This document shows positions 24,804 to 38,280 of a stretch of 64,000 nt of DNA, one piece after another. The DNA is from Octopus bimaculoides. Its lineage: Eukaryota. A program made the position numbers and the translations under genes. The stretch covers positions 79,182,547 to 79,246,546 of the forward strand of contig NC_068981.1 of assembly GCF_001194135.2 (NCBI RefSeq), written 5' to 3'. Under the pieces are notes generated by a model. That model was not told the origin of the DNA and searched no databases. It worked only from the letters and a program-made list of their open reading frames with translations. How positions within the stretch are numbered: position 1 is the first letter of the stretch; each line of letters begins with the position of its first letter.

Positions 24804-25774
24804 GTGTATGTGTGTGCGTGTGTATTTATTCTTAAACAAAAATATTGACTGACTTTTCAGCGGGTTGAAACTTCAAAATCACAGCCAATAATATTCTTGT
24901 TTAAGAATAAATGTGTACTCTACAAAAGTATAGAGTAGGCCATCAGATTAATATAAAATTGTTTTTATTATAACCGAACATCAAAAAAAAAAAATCTCTA
25001 AAACCTGTACACTCATATGTACATATATGTATGTTTGTGCTTCTATACTTAAATATGTATGCATATACATATGTTAGATCGTCGATCTCTGCACTTTCTT
25101 ACTCTCTCCGTTTTTTTTTTTATATATTCTCTCTCCATTTTTTCCTTTTAATCCTTTGTCAAAGAGCGTAGGTTCAAAACATACAAGACTTTTCCATTTT
25201 TCTCAAGTGTCAAACTAATACACCTGCTTGTTGTTCCTACACCTGTCTTCATCTTTTGTTTTCTGTAAATTTGAACTATATATATATGTGTGTGTGTGCA
25301 TATATACACATACACACACACACATACAATTTCTGAGTGGAAAATGGTAGATAGAAATGTGTGCAAGTGTGTGTATATGTGTGTGCATGCTTAAGTTTTG
25401 GAGTAATCCAAAAATCAGTACATCTGAACAGAAATAGTCTAGTAGTTAGGGTCAAGTTATCTCCCCTTACATGAATATTTTCAGAAGTCCACTTATGTTT
25501 GAGGTCAAAAAAATAAGTTACCAAACTAAAGAGGTAGATTTCACTGTCTAAAAACCTTTGAAGGCAATGTACAAGCATGGTCACAACCTAGTGGTAGAAA
25601 CCAGTAAAAACGTATACGTTCCAGTGTGTGTGTGTGTGTGTGTGTGTGTATCATCATCATCATCATCCAGTGTTTTAAGTCCGGGTTTTGTCTCCGTTAA
25701 CAAGGGTGGCAGATCTACCTCAATGCCATAGCAACCACCCTTGCCTTGTGAGTAAGATATTATGATCAACCCTA

Positions 25775-26430
25775 TCAAACGCTTTACTGAAATCAAGATA
25801 TATGACATCAGCGTTCGAACCTGTTCCCAAGGCTTTAAAGTATATCTTCAATGTGGTGTAAGAGCTGTGTTAGACAGTCCCTGCCACAGCGAAAGCCATG
25901 CTGGTTTGCATTTGGGAGTTTGTGGGTCTCCAGGAAGTCAGCTATCCTTGATCTTACCACCCTTTCAAACACTTTAATAATGTGGGAGGTGAGTGAGATT
26001 GGGCGACAGTTGACTGCGAGGGATCTGTTTCCCTGTTTGAAAACCGGGATTACAGAGTGGGACAGGAGCTGTTTCGGTATATAACCTGAGTCTAAAGAAT
26101 TTCTCCAGAGGTTGGTCAGAGGGACTGCAAGTTGGTGTCTACATTCCTTCAGGAGACTTGCGGGGAATCTATCAGGGCCTACAGCAGAATAGTATTTGAC
26201 CTCATTTATTGCTGCTATGATGTCTGAAGCAGTGAAGGTTATGTCCGAGATTTTATGTTGGGAATCAACTTCGTTCGCTTCTCTTATGTCAATATCAGTG
26301 GAATCACTAAAGACAGAGCAGTATTGTTTCTGCAGTATTTCTGCCATTTTTTTAGCATCGTGTCAGGGAATGTCGTTATCATCGATCAATGGCCCAATGG
26401 GTGAGACAGCGGTTTTATTCTTATGGTGAA
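25775..26430 (-). mobile_element. CR1/L2-superclade LINE reverse transcriptase fragment
   Basis: SAVGPDRFPASLLKEC, VIPVFKQGNR, NCRPISLTSHIIKVFER, NQHGFR..RDCLTQLL. Confidence 0.9.
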
Positions 26431-26809
26431 ATCTTTTATTTTTACTTCAGCATTCATATGTGCGGTGTTTAGGTGAGTTTCAGTGAGGGTAAAGAGGGTA
26501 CAGAGTCTTGTCCTAACATATGATGGAGAGGATAAAAATTTGGTTTTCATCCCAGAGATTTCCCATACCTCTCAATACCAAAGTTTGGTACTTGTCCTTC
26601 TAAGCTCCTTCATATTACTACATACCTTTGCTCCAAAGTGTAGATTCAATTTCTTTCAGTAGTTCATTTACAGCATAAAGAACTTCTTGATGTAGTAGCA
26701 GTTGATTACTTCAAGTTTTGTAGTCACTTTAACAACATTATGGGAGTAATATATCATACAAACAATCTCTCTTTCCTCTCTCTCTCACATACACATGCAT
26801 ACACACACA

Positions 26810-26881
26810 CATACACAGTTTTAATGGTAAGGCTTTCTGACTTTCACCCAAGTATCCCAGGTCTGATTTCCAGCATGGAGA
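26810..26881 (+). pseudogene. Degenerate tRNA-Glu(TTC)-like copy
   Basis: GGTAAGGCTTTCTGACTTTCACCCAAGTATCCCAGGTCTGATTTCCAGCATGGAGA is colinear with eukaryotic tRNA-Glu GGTTAGGATTCCTGGTTTTCACCCAGG...CCCGGGTTCGA; B box is mutated. Confidence 0.5.
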
Positions 26882-27110
26882 CAGAGATACCCTGTGCAGG
26901 AATGGTTGTATGGTTGAGAAGTGAACTTCTCAACCATGTGATTTTGAGTCCAGTCTCATTGCATAGCGCCTTGAGCTGGTGCATTCTACTATAGCTTCAG
27001 GCTAACCATTTCATCTTATGTCTGCTTGGTCAGGAATGATTTGGAGCTAAATAATCACAACACAAATATTGTAGAAATAACACACAAATTGTTATTAAGA
27101 AATAACTTAC

Positions 27111-27189
27111 CTCCCAGTCTCAGAAGATATATTGGAACAATCAACATTAAAGTATGTTGTAAGTAGTAGACTTCTTTTTCAAACACCAA
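27111..27189 (-). CDS. TMEM164: TMEM164 coding exon 3 (LVFEKEVYYLQHTLMLIVPIYLLRLG-G)
   Basis: 79 nt, phase 0-1; long polypyrimidine tract plus AG, donor G|GTAAGT. Contains YYLQH and VPIYLL motifs. Confidence 0.95.
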
Positions 27190-30025
27190 CTTAAAATTTA
27201 AAAAAAAAAAAAAAGATAAATTTAATAAAAAATTCATTATTAACATTTTAAGATAGAAACGAAATTCAAAAGTTTGATTATGCTGATTTTTTTTTTTTTT
27301 TTTTTAGTGTCCATCTGTTATCATTGCCATTGTATGATAAGTTTAATGCAGGAGGGATTGTTGTTCGGCAACAAGCATACACAACCTGTAGTCAAAACCA
27401 AAGCCATGATTAAATAATGCTGACCGTGAAAATGGTGATGCTAGTTTGAAGATGAGTATGTGTTTTATACTGGTACCCTCTAACTCACATCCATGAGAAC
27501 TTGAATCCATCATTGCAAGCTATCCAACACACTAATTACAATACAATCTTCCTGTTGCTTAAAGCAGCAAGTTGTATCAATCCAGTATATCTATTGATGC
27601 TAGTTAAGTATCCTGATCATGGACATCATACAGTGGCAGAGTTGTTAGAACATTAGAACGAATGCTCTGCCATGCCAAACTTGGGTTTCATAAATAAAGA
27701 ATCAGTGCAGTATGGGGCTAATTCTCCTTTCTTTTTTCTTCCATCTCTCAGCCTCTTATTTTCATTATCCTTCTTTCTCTCTCTAAAGGAGGAGGAGAAG
27801 GAGGCAGAATTGGCTAGGGTCAAGAGATGGCTTCTGCCAGTTTTGAAATGTCCATGATGTCACATATAATTCCTTTGACTTCATCTAGAGCTGAGCAACC
27901 TAGACAAGGTAAGGTGAGGCAAAGTAATACAATATGAAGAGTTATTAACCCTTTTGTTGTAACTGGCTGAATGAAATTACCCAGATATAATCAACTTCGG
28001 GCCAGCATAACTAATGTGAAGAAGTACTAAAAAAAATCTAAATTAATTAAAAATACTTAAGTCATGAATGGAAGAAAAACATTAATGCAATGAATAATAT
28101 TGTTTTAATCTAACCTTGGTAAGAGTCATTGAGTTAATGTTTTTTTTCTGCAAATAAGTATTTTTAATTTCTAAGATTTCCTTTTTTGCTTTCAGCACAT
28201 TTTGTACGAAACAACTTCTGTTGTTAGTCAGAGACATACAAATCCTTACTCACTTACAATACAATCATCATAAAAAGATTCAAAATTCAATAATCTGGGA
28301 CTTCAATTTCAAAGGTTTGGGGATTCAGTGAAATTTGTTAGCAAGATAAAATCATTTTGTGTTGTTTAAAACTGAAGACAATTATTTACTTGTTTAAGAA
28401 AGAATACAATAATTTACAACTTCCTTTTCTTTTACAATATTGTATAAATAGGTACAGGCTTGACTGAGTGGTCAAAATGTTTGTTCCCCAACCATGTTGT
28501 TTTGGGTTAAGTCCCACTATATGGTACCATGTGCTGACCAAAGCCCTGTGAATGGATTTAGGAGATAGAAACTGAAAGAAGCCCATCCTGTATATGTATG
28601 TGTGCAAACATGCACATGTGTGAGAGTGTGCATGTGTTTGCACATACACAAGTGTGTGTATGTCTGCACACACATGTGTATGTGTGCATGTGTGCACATG
28701 CAAGTGTATGCATGTGTGCACATGCACATGTGTGCAAGTGAGAGAAAGTTTGTATCCCCCTTGTTTTCACACGTGCTCACTGCTTGCAGTGACCATGAAA
28801 GCATGTCTAGGCTTCTTGACATGTATTCTTTGTAAACAAAAGGTTCATACATATGGTGTCATTGTTTTCAGTTCTCCATAAAAACCAGTCCGGGCTGCTT
28901 GTTGTTCAATAGATTGGGATGTTACTACCTCATTTGGAAACAAAATGACTGTAGAAAACTCTGCCTCAATGTACTCTCATCTGATACATTACAACAGGGA
29001 AGAGTAGACATTAAATTAATGAAGATGATGTAGTGGTTTCTTTGCTCTAGTCATACAGCCTGTTATGACAGAGAGAGGGGTTTATACTGATCCATATGGA
29101 TAGCACCATAAAGGTACGGGCATGGCTGTGTGAATAAGAAGCTTGCTTCCCAATCACATTGCTCTGGGTTCAATCCCTACTAGATAGCTCCTGGCCAACC
29201 AAGGCCTTGTCATTGAATTTGAGTGAGAGAAACTGAAAGTGTATGTGTGTCAGTTGATGTCTCTTTGTTTTGACATCATGTGATAGCTGTAAATGAGTGT
29301 CACCTTCATAGAGTAGTGTCCTTCGTTTCCAATCTTCCATGAAAATATGTTTGGTCATGGGGAAATATTACTTTACTTGGAAACATGTGATGTTTGAAAA
29401 CAAGAAAGATACCTGGCCATAGAAAATCTCCCTCAATAAGTTCCAGGCAATCCATGCAGGCATAGAAAAGAGGACGTTAAAACAACGATAATGATGTTTA
29501 CTAATATTGATTTATCAATATCCACTGGGATGTTCAAGGCAAAGTTAAGCATGGTAGGTTTTGAACCTAAAACCATGGAGAAACTGAACAAAATATTACA
29601 GCATTCCATGTATCTACTGCCAACTTCTCACTTCCAGTTCATTAGTAAAAATAGTTTCTTTTTTTCAAGGCACAAAGCCAATATTTGTAAAGAAAATATC
29701 CATTTTGTCTTTTTCTTTTTAGTGGCTTAGTCAGAACAACATGCCATGCTTATGATCAGAGCAGGATCTCCAAAACCAGTGAGATCAAGTTTGTTTCAGA
29801 TTTGCTTAAGTATATCTATGCTGTTAACTGAAGGAAAAACAGTGGTGGAGAGGGAATTCCATAGAGTTTTTACAAAAGGAATGAAAGAAAAAGTTACTAG
29901 TGAGAGACTGTGGTGTGGTGAGTCACAATATGCATGATAAAAGTATGTAGATAGTCAGTTCCAAAGAGTGACAAAGATTGAACTAAATAAATATGAATAC
30001 AAAAAAAAAAAAAGAACAAACTTAC

Positions 30026-30142
30026 CAATCGAGTGTTAATTACTGGGAAAAACAAGGCCAATGGTGCCCCAGACAACATGTACATGTGAAGTCTGAAGGT
30101 TGCCCATGTGAAGATGCTGGGTGGTGCAGCCAATAAATAAAT
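30026..30142 (-). CDS. TMEM164: TMEM164 coding exon 2 (IYLLAAPPSIFTWATFRLHMYMLSGAPLALFFPVINTRL)
   Basis: 117 nt, phase 0-0; acceptor gcttttttAG, donor TTG|GTAAGT. Matches human IFLLACPP...LALLFPVVNTRL as recalled. Confidence 0.95.
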
Positions 30143-30544
30143 CTAAAAAAGCAACAAGTACAACCATTATTTCTATTTCATCTATAGATATATAACATGA
30201 AAATTGAACGAAAAGAGTTTTTTTAATCGTAAATGATCTTTTAGGACATAAAAAGTTTCATTTTCAAGTAGTGAAAGGACAAGTCAACCTGACAAAGCCC
30301 ATCTCTCTCCAATGTATAAATGATGCTGTGGTGGTGTTATTTTGTGCAAGGTCTACACAGTTGAGGCTCATTTATGTCAAAACCATTGCAGATGTGACCA
30401 TGTGGTCTTTACTTTTGAAAAGTAGTATAGGACTAGATTCTCGAGTCACTTGTTTTTTTAAGGTGTTTGGCAAGTAATTTGATGAAGATTTGCATACAAT
30501 TTCTAGCAGAACCAGAGACCATACTCTCTCCTTTTTTTTTTACT

Positions 30545-31010
30545 ATTTTTACTTGTTTCAGTCATTTGACTGTGGCCATGCTGGAGCACCGCCTTTAGTC
30601 GAAGAAGTCGACCACAGGATTTATTGTTTGTAAGCCTAGTACTTATTCTACCAGTCTCTTTTGCTGAACCGCTAAGTTACAGGGATGTAAACACGCAAGC
30701 ATTGGTTGTCAAGCGATGTTGGGAGACAAACACAGACACACAAACATATACACACACACACACACACACATACATATATACGATGGGCTTCTTTCAGTTT
30801 CCGTCTACCAAATCCACTCACAAGGCTTTGGTCGGCCCGAGACTATAGTAGAAGACACTTGCCTAAGGTGCTACTGTGTGGCACCTTGGCCAAGTGTCTT
30901 GAACCCAGAACCATGTGGTTGGTAATCAAGCTATTTACCACACAGCCTTACCTTGAACTCAGTGCCATGTGGTTGGTAAGCAAGCTACTTACCACACAGC
31001 CACTCCTGCA
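30545..31010 (-). mobile_element. Family A SINE with duplicated head segment
   Basis: Reverse complement of family A. Other partial copies near 2320, 3800, 4070, 16880, 21290, 26900, 28450, 29115, 32270, 33400, 35770, 36990, 42315, 53700. Confidence 0.85.
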
Positions 31011-31189
31011 TCTAGAGGAACTTTCACTGGCTTAATATAGGTTTTGTTAATGGTGCTCTTCATGGTGAAGGTGGCAGTGGTTATGGTGGTGATGATATTG
31101 TGATTATAACAATATTTGGAGGCAGTTATTTTGATGATGACAGTAGTGGTAACTGAGTTTAACATGTGGAAGTGGGAAACTCAGGAAGA

Positions 31190-31790
31190 CATGGGATGAA
31201 ATACTGAAAACAACCTCAGGAAGCTGAACCTTTTAAGTGAGATGACAAAGGATCAAGACACCTGGTGCCTGGCTGTACTCAAGAAGACCCACACTCTGCA
31301 GCAGAAGTGTTAAGACTGAGCCTTCTGGTTGTATAAAGCACCCATGGTGGTGTCACATAAAAGCACCTGTGCAGCATCATGTAAAAGCATCTGTCTAGTG
31401 TCATGTAAAAGTGCCTGGGCAGTGTCACGTAAAAGTGCCTGGGCAGTGTCACATAAGAGCGCTCGTTTGGTATCACATAACAATGCCCATGTGGCAATAC
31501 ATAAGAGCATTCATGCGGTGTCACGTAAAAGTGTCCGTGTGGCACCACATAAAAGCACCTGTACAATGCCAAGTAAAAGCGATATCATGTAAAAGTGCCT
31601 GTGCAACGCCACATAAAAGCACCCAAAACACTCCATAAAGTGGTTGGCATTAGGAAGGGCATCCAGCTGTAGAAAACATGCCAAATCAGACTGGAGTCTG
31701 GTGCAGCACCCCGGCTTGCCAGCTCTGGTCAGACTGTCCAACCCACGCTAGCATGGACAACAGACATTAAACAGTGATGATGGTGATGAT
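31190..31790 (+). mobile_element. RTE LINE 3' end with expanded ~21-22 bp minisatellite in the 3' UTR
   Basis: Decayed ORF end, about 12 GTGTCACGTAAAAGTGCC-type units at 31335-31630, conserved 3' UTR, GATGATGGTGATGATG tail. Confidence 0.8.
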
Positions 31791-33630
31791 GACCACATAT
31801 ATGTCCATTCCTTCCAGAAATTCTTTTGTCTCTTGACTGTATAAATGCAAAATTAAATTTCATAGGTATTCCTGTAATGATGATAAATATCTACCAAGAA
31901 ACAGAATTTGTATGTTTTGCAAGTCATGTTGCTTCAATAAACCTGATATATATATATAATCATGTCCTCCTCAACAAAAGCTAGACTAGTATATAAAGCT
32001 GTTTTCTGCAGTAAAGGCTAATGAAATTTTGAATGGCTGTCTCTGATTTCTACAGTTAAAAGGTCAAGTCTTTAGCAATGTTATGAAAGAGTGACCTTGT
32101 GCTGATCAGTTTGGCTGCACCATTGTCACATGTATTACTTTAGCCAATCAGTAACAAGTTAGTAGTCTGTTGAGTTAGTTACCTTTTGGTCATTTAAACA
32201 GAAGTAAAAATGCTGATTGCTCAGGGCACTTTCTTGCAGCCACCAGATAAAGTAGAAATGTTTTCTCCTACATCCTCAGGTTAAGCAATGCTGTGAGAGT
32301 TAAAGTTGGCAGATGGCAACTGCATGAAAGCACACACACACACGTGTGCATGTGTCTGTGTGAGTGTGTTGTGTGTGATTTTTGTTTTTACATTTATACT
32401 TAAGCAGCTGTTGCTGTTTAGTTATGTTCCATAATGTAGTGGTTCAGCAAATAATACCAAATAAAATAGTGCCCAACTCAAAAACACAAGCAGTGGGATC
32501 AATATGATCCTTTGTAGACAGTGCCCCCTCCTGGCTGTAGTCCAATAGGTTAAACCAGCAAAAGAACAAATAGAAAGGAATAAATCTCCTTTGCAAACAA
32601 CATTGTATTCTTGTCTTTTGCATATTGCTTCACCTGTCAAGTCTCTACTTGTAGATATTTCATCTTCTCTAAAGTAAACAATTTGTCACAGAGCTGACAT
32701 GCATTCTTCAAACTATGTCACAACAATCTAGAAATCATCAGCCTTCCATCTGGACATTCTCATGCATGCACAGGTATGTATGTATCCTAAGCTACTACTT
32801 ATAATCTTTAATACTGGTTATTATATACGTATGTGGGAGGGTATTGTATGGCTAAGAAGTTCGCTTCTTAACCAAATGGTCTGGGTTCACTTCTACTGCA
32901 CAGTACTATAAATCACACAAGAATTTTGAAATGAAAAATTGCAGTTTTCTTTGACTAATTTTCATCACTAATTACAAGTAGTGATTTTCAATTTTTCTCA
33001 TTAGCCCCCAAGCGAACCAAAGCCTTGTGACTAGATATGATAAACAAAATCTGAAAGTAGATTGAAAAATACATTCCCAATATGTCATGCAATGTAATTG
33101 AATATAAGTACTCATGATTGCAATGCAAACTTCTAAACTACTTTGACATGCATGCATTCATGCATGTTTGAATCATCATCATTTTAATGTCCTCTTCTCC
33201 ATACTTGCATGGGTCGAATGGAGTTTACTGAGACAGATTTTCTAAGGCTGGATGCCATTACTGTCACCAATCCTCACCTGTTTGTTACCAAGCTAGGTTA
33301 TATTTCCCCATGGCCTGACATATTTCCATAAAATATTGGAAATGAATGACACTGCTTATAAGACAGTGATACTCAGTTACAACTATCATGTGATGCCAAG
33401 ACAAAGAGACATAAGCATACATACATGCATATCCAACCACATACACATATAGACATATGTGTGTATATGACAGGCTTCTTCAGTTTCTATCTAACAAATC
33501 CACTAACATGACTTTTGTCAGTCTGGAGCCATAGTAGAAAACACTTGTCCAAGATGCTGTGCAGTGAGACTGAACCAGTAACCATGTGGCTGGGAAGCAA
33601 ACTTCATAACCACACAGTCATACCTGTGCT

Positions 33631-33699
<69 letters not shown>

Positions 33700-35024
33700 C
33701 ATCATTAGTTTGCTTTACCCTTTTTTCTTTGCTAGCATGACAGGCATCATTTAGGCCTTATTGAACATACTGATGCTCTTCCTGTTGCTCACCCATACCT
33801 TTTTTCAAGTGAAGATGATTTGTTGACAAGAGAATTAGGAACAATATTACTACTTCTATCTCAACAATTTGCAGATGAGTGCAAATGTAAACAAACATAC
33901 AGACATGCACACACACATTCCATGCATGGTTACCATGCAATCTGAACAAAATAGACAAATTCAAGAACATTATCTCAAGTACCCTTCTATCACTGCCAGT
34001 TTGCTAGCACAATAGCAGGTTACATGTGGAAACAGATTTCTTTACTACATCATCACTGGCAATGAAAATGGAGTCTTTAGATCAATATGAAGCAGAGAAA
34101 AGATTGACTCTTCAACAGTCTGTAAGGTGTCACATTCAACAACGATGTGGAACTGAACATGGCACAATGAATTCTTCAAGTCAAGGCCCAGTGATTTCTA
34201 CCATCAAGGTATTCACAAGCTAGTGGATCATTGGAAAGAACTCATGAACAATAAAGGGGAATATATTACTAACTGATTTGTTAAAATAATCAACGAAAAA
34301 TAAGGATTAAAATAAATGAATAAAAAAATGAATGAGTTTATCTGGACAATCCAATGCATATTTTAAAGTAAGAAGTATATCAGAAATTTAGATTGCAAAT
34401 ATATTAAACATTTGATTATACAAGGGTGTATGTATATTTACACGTTCATCTTTGTAACATCATACAGACAATATTTCTAAATTTTTTATATATTTCTTGT
34501 TTCAAAAATATTTCCTCATATTTTACAATTTATTTCCTATCCACTCCCTTATCTCCTTTAATTCCTTTCAAGATGAAAGCAGCAGATAAATTGTTGCAAC
34601 AAACAGGGCTCTTTCCTCTTTTTTATGGAGTAAAACAAGTTGTATGACACATATATGTGAAATACTTCAGCCTGACCAGCATTAATTTTGAAGTTATGAA
34701 CACACTTGATGTAAAAAAAAAAAAAAAAATGAAAACATTAACTATGAGAAAAATAAGAACAAACATTATCAATACTTTCCTCAAGTATTTCCTATTAAAC
34801 TATTACTTTTATTTATTTATTTTGACAATCATATAATACACTCTTTAAACTCATAGTTTAATGCAAAGATTATATTTCTGTATAATAAGATAATCTTTTA
34901 ATATGACCTTTTTTAATAGGTTGGTATTTCAGTTATATAGGTTTGGCCATATGGCTGAAACCAGTAAAAGAATAAAAGAATAGATTACTTATTCCCTTCT
35001 GAAACACAAATTCTTTTGCATGTA

Positions 35025-35146
35025 GCTTATAGCCATGCTGCATTGAAAACATCAGCTCTTACGCAACCACTACGGTAATCGATGCCAATATTGGGTAAAT
35101 GCTTAGGAAATGAGTAACTGCTTGGAAAGACTTGTAAGAATCTTTT
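35025..35146 (+). pseudogene. Degenerate 5S rRNA copy
   Basis: GCTTATAGCCATGCTGCATTGAAAACATCAGCTCT aligns to the mollusc 5S 5' end (recalled) with transitions only; C-box-like TGAGTAACTGCTTGGAAAGAC; ends GTAAG...TTTT; length ~120 nt. Confidence 0.7.
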
Positions 35147-35903
35147 AAGTGGAGCACTACAAGGTGGTGTTAAGCTCCAGACAAAACTGAGTCTGTATTG
35201 TGAGTTCAATTTCGGATCGAGGTATTTTCCATTATTTAGAGCTTTACCTGTAATTTCCAACTACAGACAATATCTCAGACAGTGGGGTACAACCTTCAAA
35301 GCAGAGATGTCTTTCACATAGATCAGAGAAACACAGTATTTCTGTGGAAAAATTTGCATAATGGAAAGACTGTATCTAACAGAATATTAAATCCTATCTT
35401 TTGGTTGGATACTAATCTGTTGCAGACAATAATACCTGATAACTTGCTGTCTATTTTCAATAATTGAATAATATGAAGGACACATAAGTACAGTTAAACA
35501 AAACAGCACAAAATACCTGCAAGAGATTTGAACTCAAGACCTACAAGCTGTTAATACCAATATCTAGTCCACTAAACCATTTCACTTCTGATGCAAACCA
35601 ATAAGTTACGGCACACACACTCATAGCTCTTTGTTTATGTAGATTTAGTTAAATGCAGAAAATTTACTTGTAAAAGCAAAGTTATTATTTAGCTTCTGGT
35701 CAAAAGCATTTCAGCCATGACCATTCCAATTTATATATATATATATCATGAAATCTATTAAGTCTATCCTTCTTTACTAAAAACCATATGGTTCTGGGCT
35801 CAGTCCCATTGCATGGCACCAAGGACAAGTGTCTTCTACTATCGTCTCAAACTGACAAAAGCCTTGTGAGTGGATTTGGTAGATGGAAACTGAAAGAAGC
35901 CTG

Positions 35904-35996
<93 letters not shown>

Positions 35997-37751
35997 CATG
36001 TGTGTGTGTGTATGTCCTGCCATCGCTTGGCAACTGAAGTTGGTGTGTTTACATCCCTGAAACCTAGCGGTTTGGCAAAAGAGACTGACAGAATAAGTTT
36101 CAGGCTTAAAAGAAAAACAAGTACTGGGCTTGATTCATTCAACTAAAAATTCTTCAAGTCAGTACCCCAGCATGACCACAGTCTAATGACTAAAACAAGT
36201 AAAGGTGAAGGATAAAGGATAATTTAAATGAGATTCAGTTGCTATTTCTAGTAAGTCAAGCAACCTCTTAGAGGTTCACTCTTTGCTTCATGGTGCTTGA
36301 ATTAGAATAAACAATCTCTTAGTCTACATACTTCTTAAACTAAAAGTAGAATTATTGTCACTGAATCCCAATTAGCCTTGATCAAGCTTGACTTTATGAT
36401 AAAAGGCAATCCATCCTGGATTTTATATCATGAAATCTTATTAAGTCTAATCCTTCTTTACTTTTGCCTTTTCTGTATATTTAAGACTATATTATTCAAT
36501 GTGTCCTTCCTGTTTGAAGATGGCTCAATGTTACTCAAGAGATTTTAGCTGCTATTACTAGCAAAATGAGTGACCATATAGATGCTCCCCTTGTCAGTGC
36601 TTTATGAAGGTATTTGGTTATCATTTTATTTCACCAAAATAGACATTTGGACATTTTGTACTAATTAAAATAGCAATTTCAGATTTTGACAATGTTAGAG
36701 GAAGGATGTTAGTCAATGGCATTGACCACAGTGCTCAACTGGAACGCATTCTATTGACCCCAAAAGAATGGAAGGCAAAGGTGACATGGCAGAATTTGAA
36801 CTCAGAATGTGAAGATCCAGAAGAAATGGCAACAAACATTTTGTCTGACATAGTAACAATTCTGCCAGCTCACTGGTGTATTAATTGAAGTTATTCAGAT
36901 AATTAATTAATATTTTTATCCAATCATATAATTAATTATTTCTAGTTAACTTTTAAATGCTTTCTGTGTTAAATATATTAACACTAACTCTTTTACTTGT
37001 TTCAGTCATTTGACTACGGCCATGCTGGAGCACCGCCTTAAGTCGAGAAAATCAACCCCAGGACTTATTCTTTGTAAGCTTAGTGCTTAATCTATCGGTC
37101 TCTTTTTCCGAACCACTAAGTTACGGGGACGTAAACACACCAGCATCGGTTGTCAAGCGATGCTGGGGGGGCAAACACAGACACACAAACACATATATAT
37201 ATATANNNNNNNNNNTCCATCTACCAAATCCACTCACAAGGCTTTGGTCGGCCCGAGGCTATATTAGAAGACACTTGCCCAAGGTGCCATGCAGTGGGAC
37301 TGAACCCGGAACCATGTGGCTGGTAAGCAAGCTACTTACCACACAGCCACTCAAATGGGGTCATAACTCCAAAATATTGAATACAAGGTAAGTCTACATT
37401 AATTCATATATTTGTTTTCTTGTGATTTACTTTGCATTTACTTTGCATTATTTTGGCCTTACCCACGATCCTTTATACACTATTAAATTTATCTAGTCTG
37501 GTGCTTTACTAAAATTTCATAGGGATTGGATTTGTCAGTCATTTTTATCTGAGTTTACAATACTAGATCGTTGTTGGTCTACTATATTTCTGTTATATAC
37601 CTTACCATGCATATATACATTTTGTGAGTAGGTTTTCTAACTGATGGGAATGGGGATATGCAACCCAAGGGTTCCATGAAAGACTATTTGGGGTTCCAAG
37701 AATTACATGCAAATGCATTTTCCAGTCACTTTTGTGTGAGTTTAACTTAGC

Positions 37752-37959
37752 TTTTACCTTTTACTTGTTTCAGTCATTTGACTATGGCCATACTAGGGCA
37801 CCATCTAGAAGAATTTTAGTTGAATAAATCAACCCCAGTATCACTTTTTAAAGCTGAGTACTTATTTTATCGATCTCTTTGGCCAAACCACTAAGTTACA
37901 GGGATATAAACACATCAACACCAGCTGCCAAGCGGTAGTGGAGGTACAAACACCTATAT

Positions 37960-38006
<47 letters not shown>

Positions 38007-38168
38007 ACAGGCTTCTTTCAGTTTCCATCTACCATATCCACTCACAAGGCTTCAGTAGCCCCCAAGGCTATAGTAGAAGATACTTGCCCAAGGTGCCGCA
38101 CAATGGGACTGAACCCAGAACCATGTGGTTGAAAAGCAAGCTTCTTACCACACAGCCATGCCTGCACC
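37752..38168 (-). mobile_element. Family A SINE abutting the U6 pseudogene
   Basis: Head GGTGCAGGCATGGCTGTGTGG starts 5 nt after the U6 oligo-T. Confidence 0.85.
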
Positions 38169-38173
38169 TATAG

Positions 38174-38280
38174 AAAAATATGGAACACTTCATGAATTTG
38201 CATGTCGTCCATGCACAGGGGCCATGCTAATCTTCTCTGTATCATTCCAATTTTAGCATATGTACTGCCGAAGCAAGTAC
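38174..38280 (-). pseudogene. RNU6: Full-length U6 snRNA pseudogene
   Basis: Minus strand GTACTTGCTTCGGCAGTAC...ACAGAGAAGATTAGCATGGCCCCTG...TTCCATATTTTT. Five CpG transitions versus canonical U6 as recalled; no clear TATA at -30 or PSE upstream. Confidence 0.9.

Noticed and set aside
31335-31630. CRISPR-like or protein-repeat reading of the 21-22 bp repeats
   Set aside because: Tandem units with no unique spacers, inside a LINE 3' UTR in animal DNA.
35510-35590. tRNA-like sequence on the minus strand
   Set aside because: A/B boxes are present but the cloverleaf is not recoverable; most likely a SINE head remnant.
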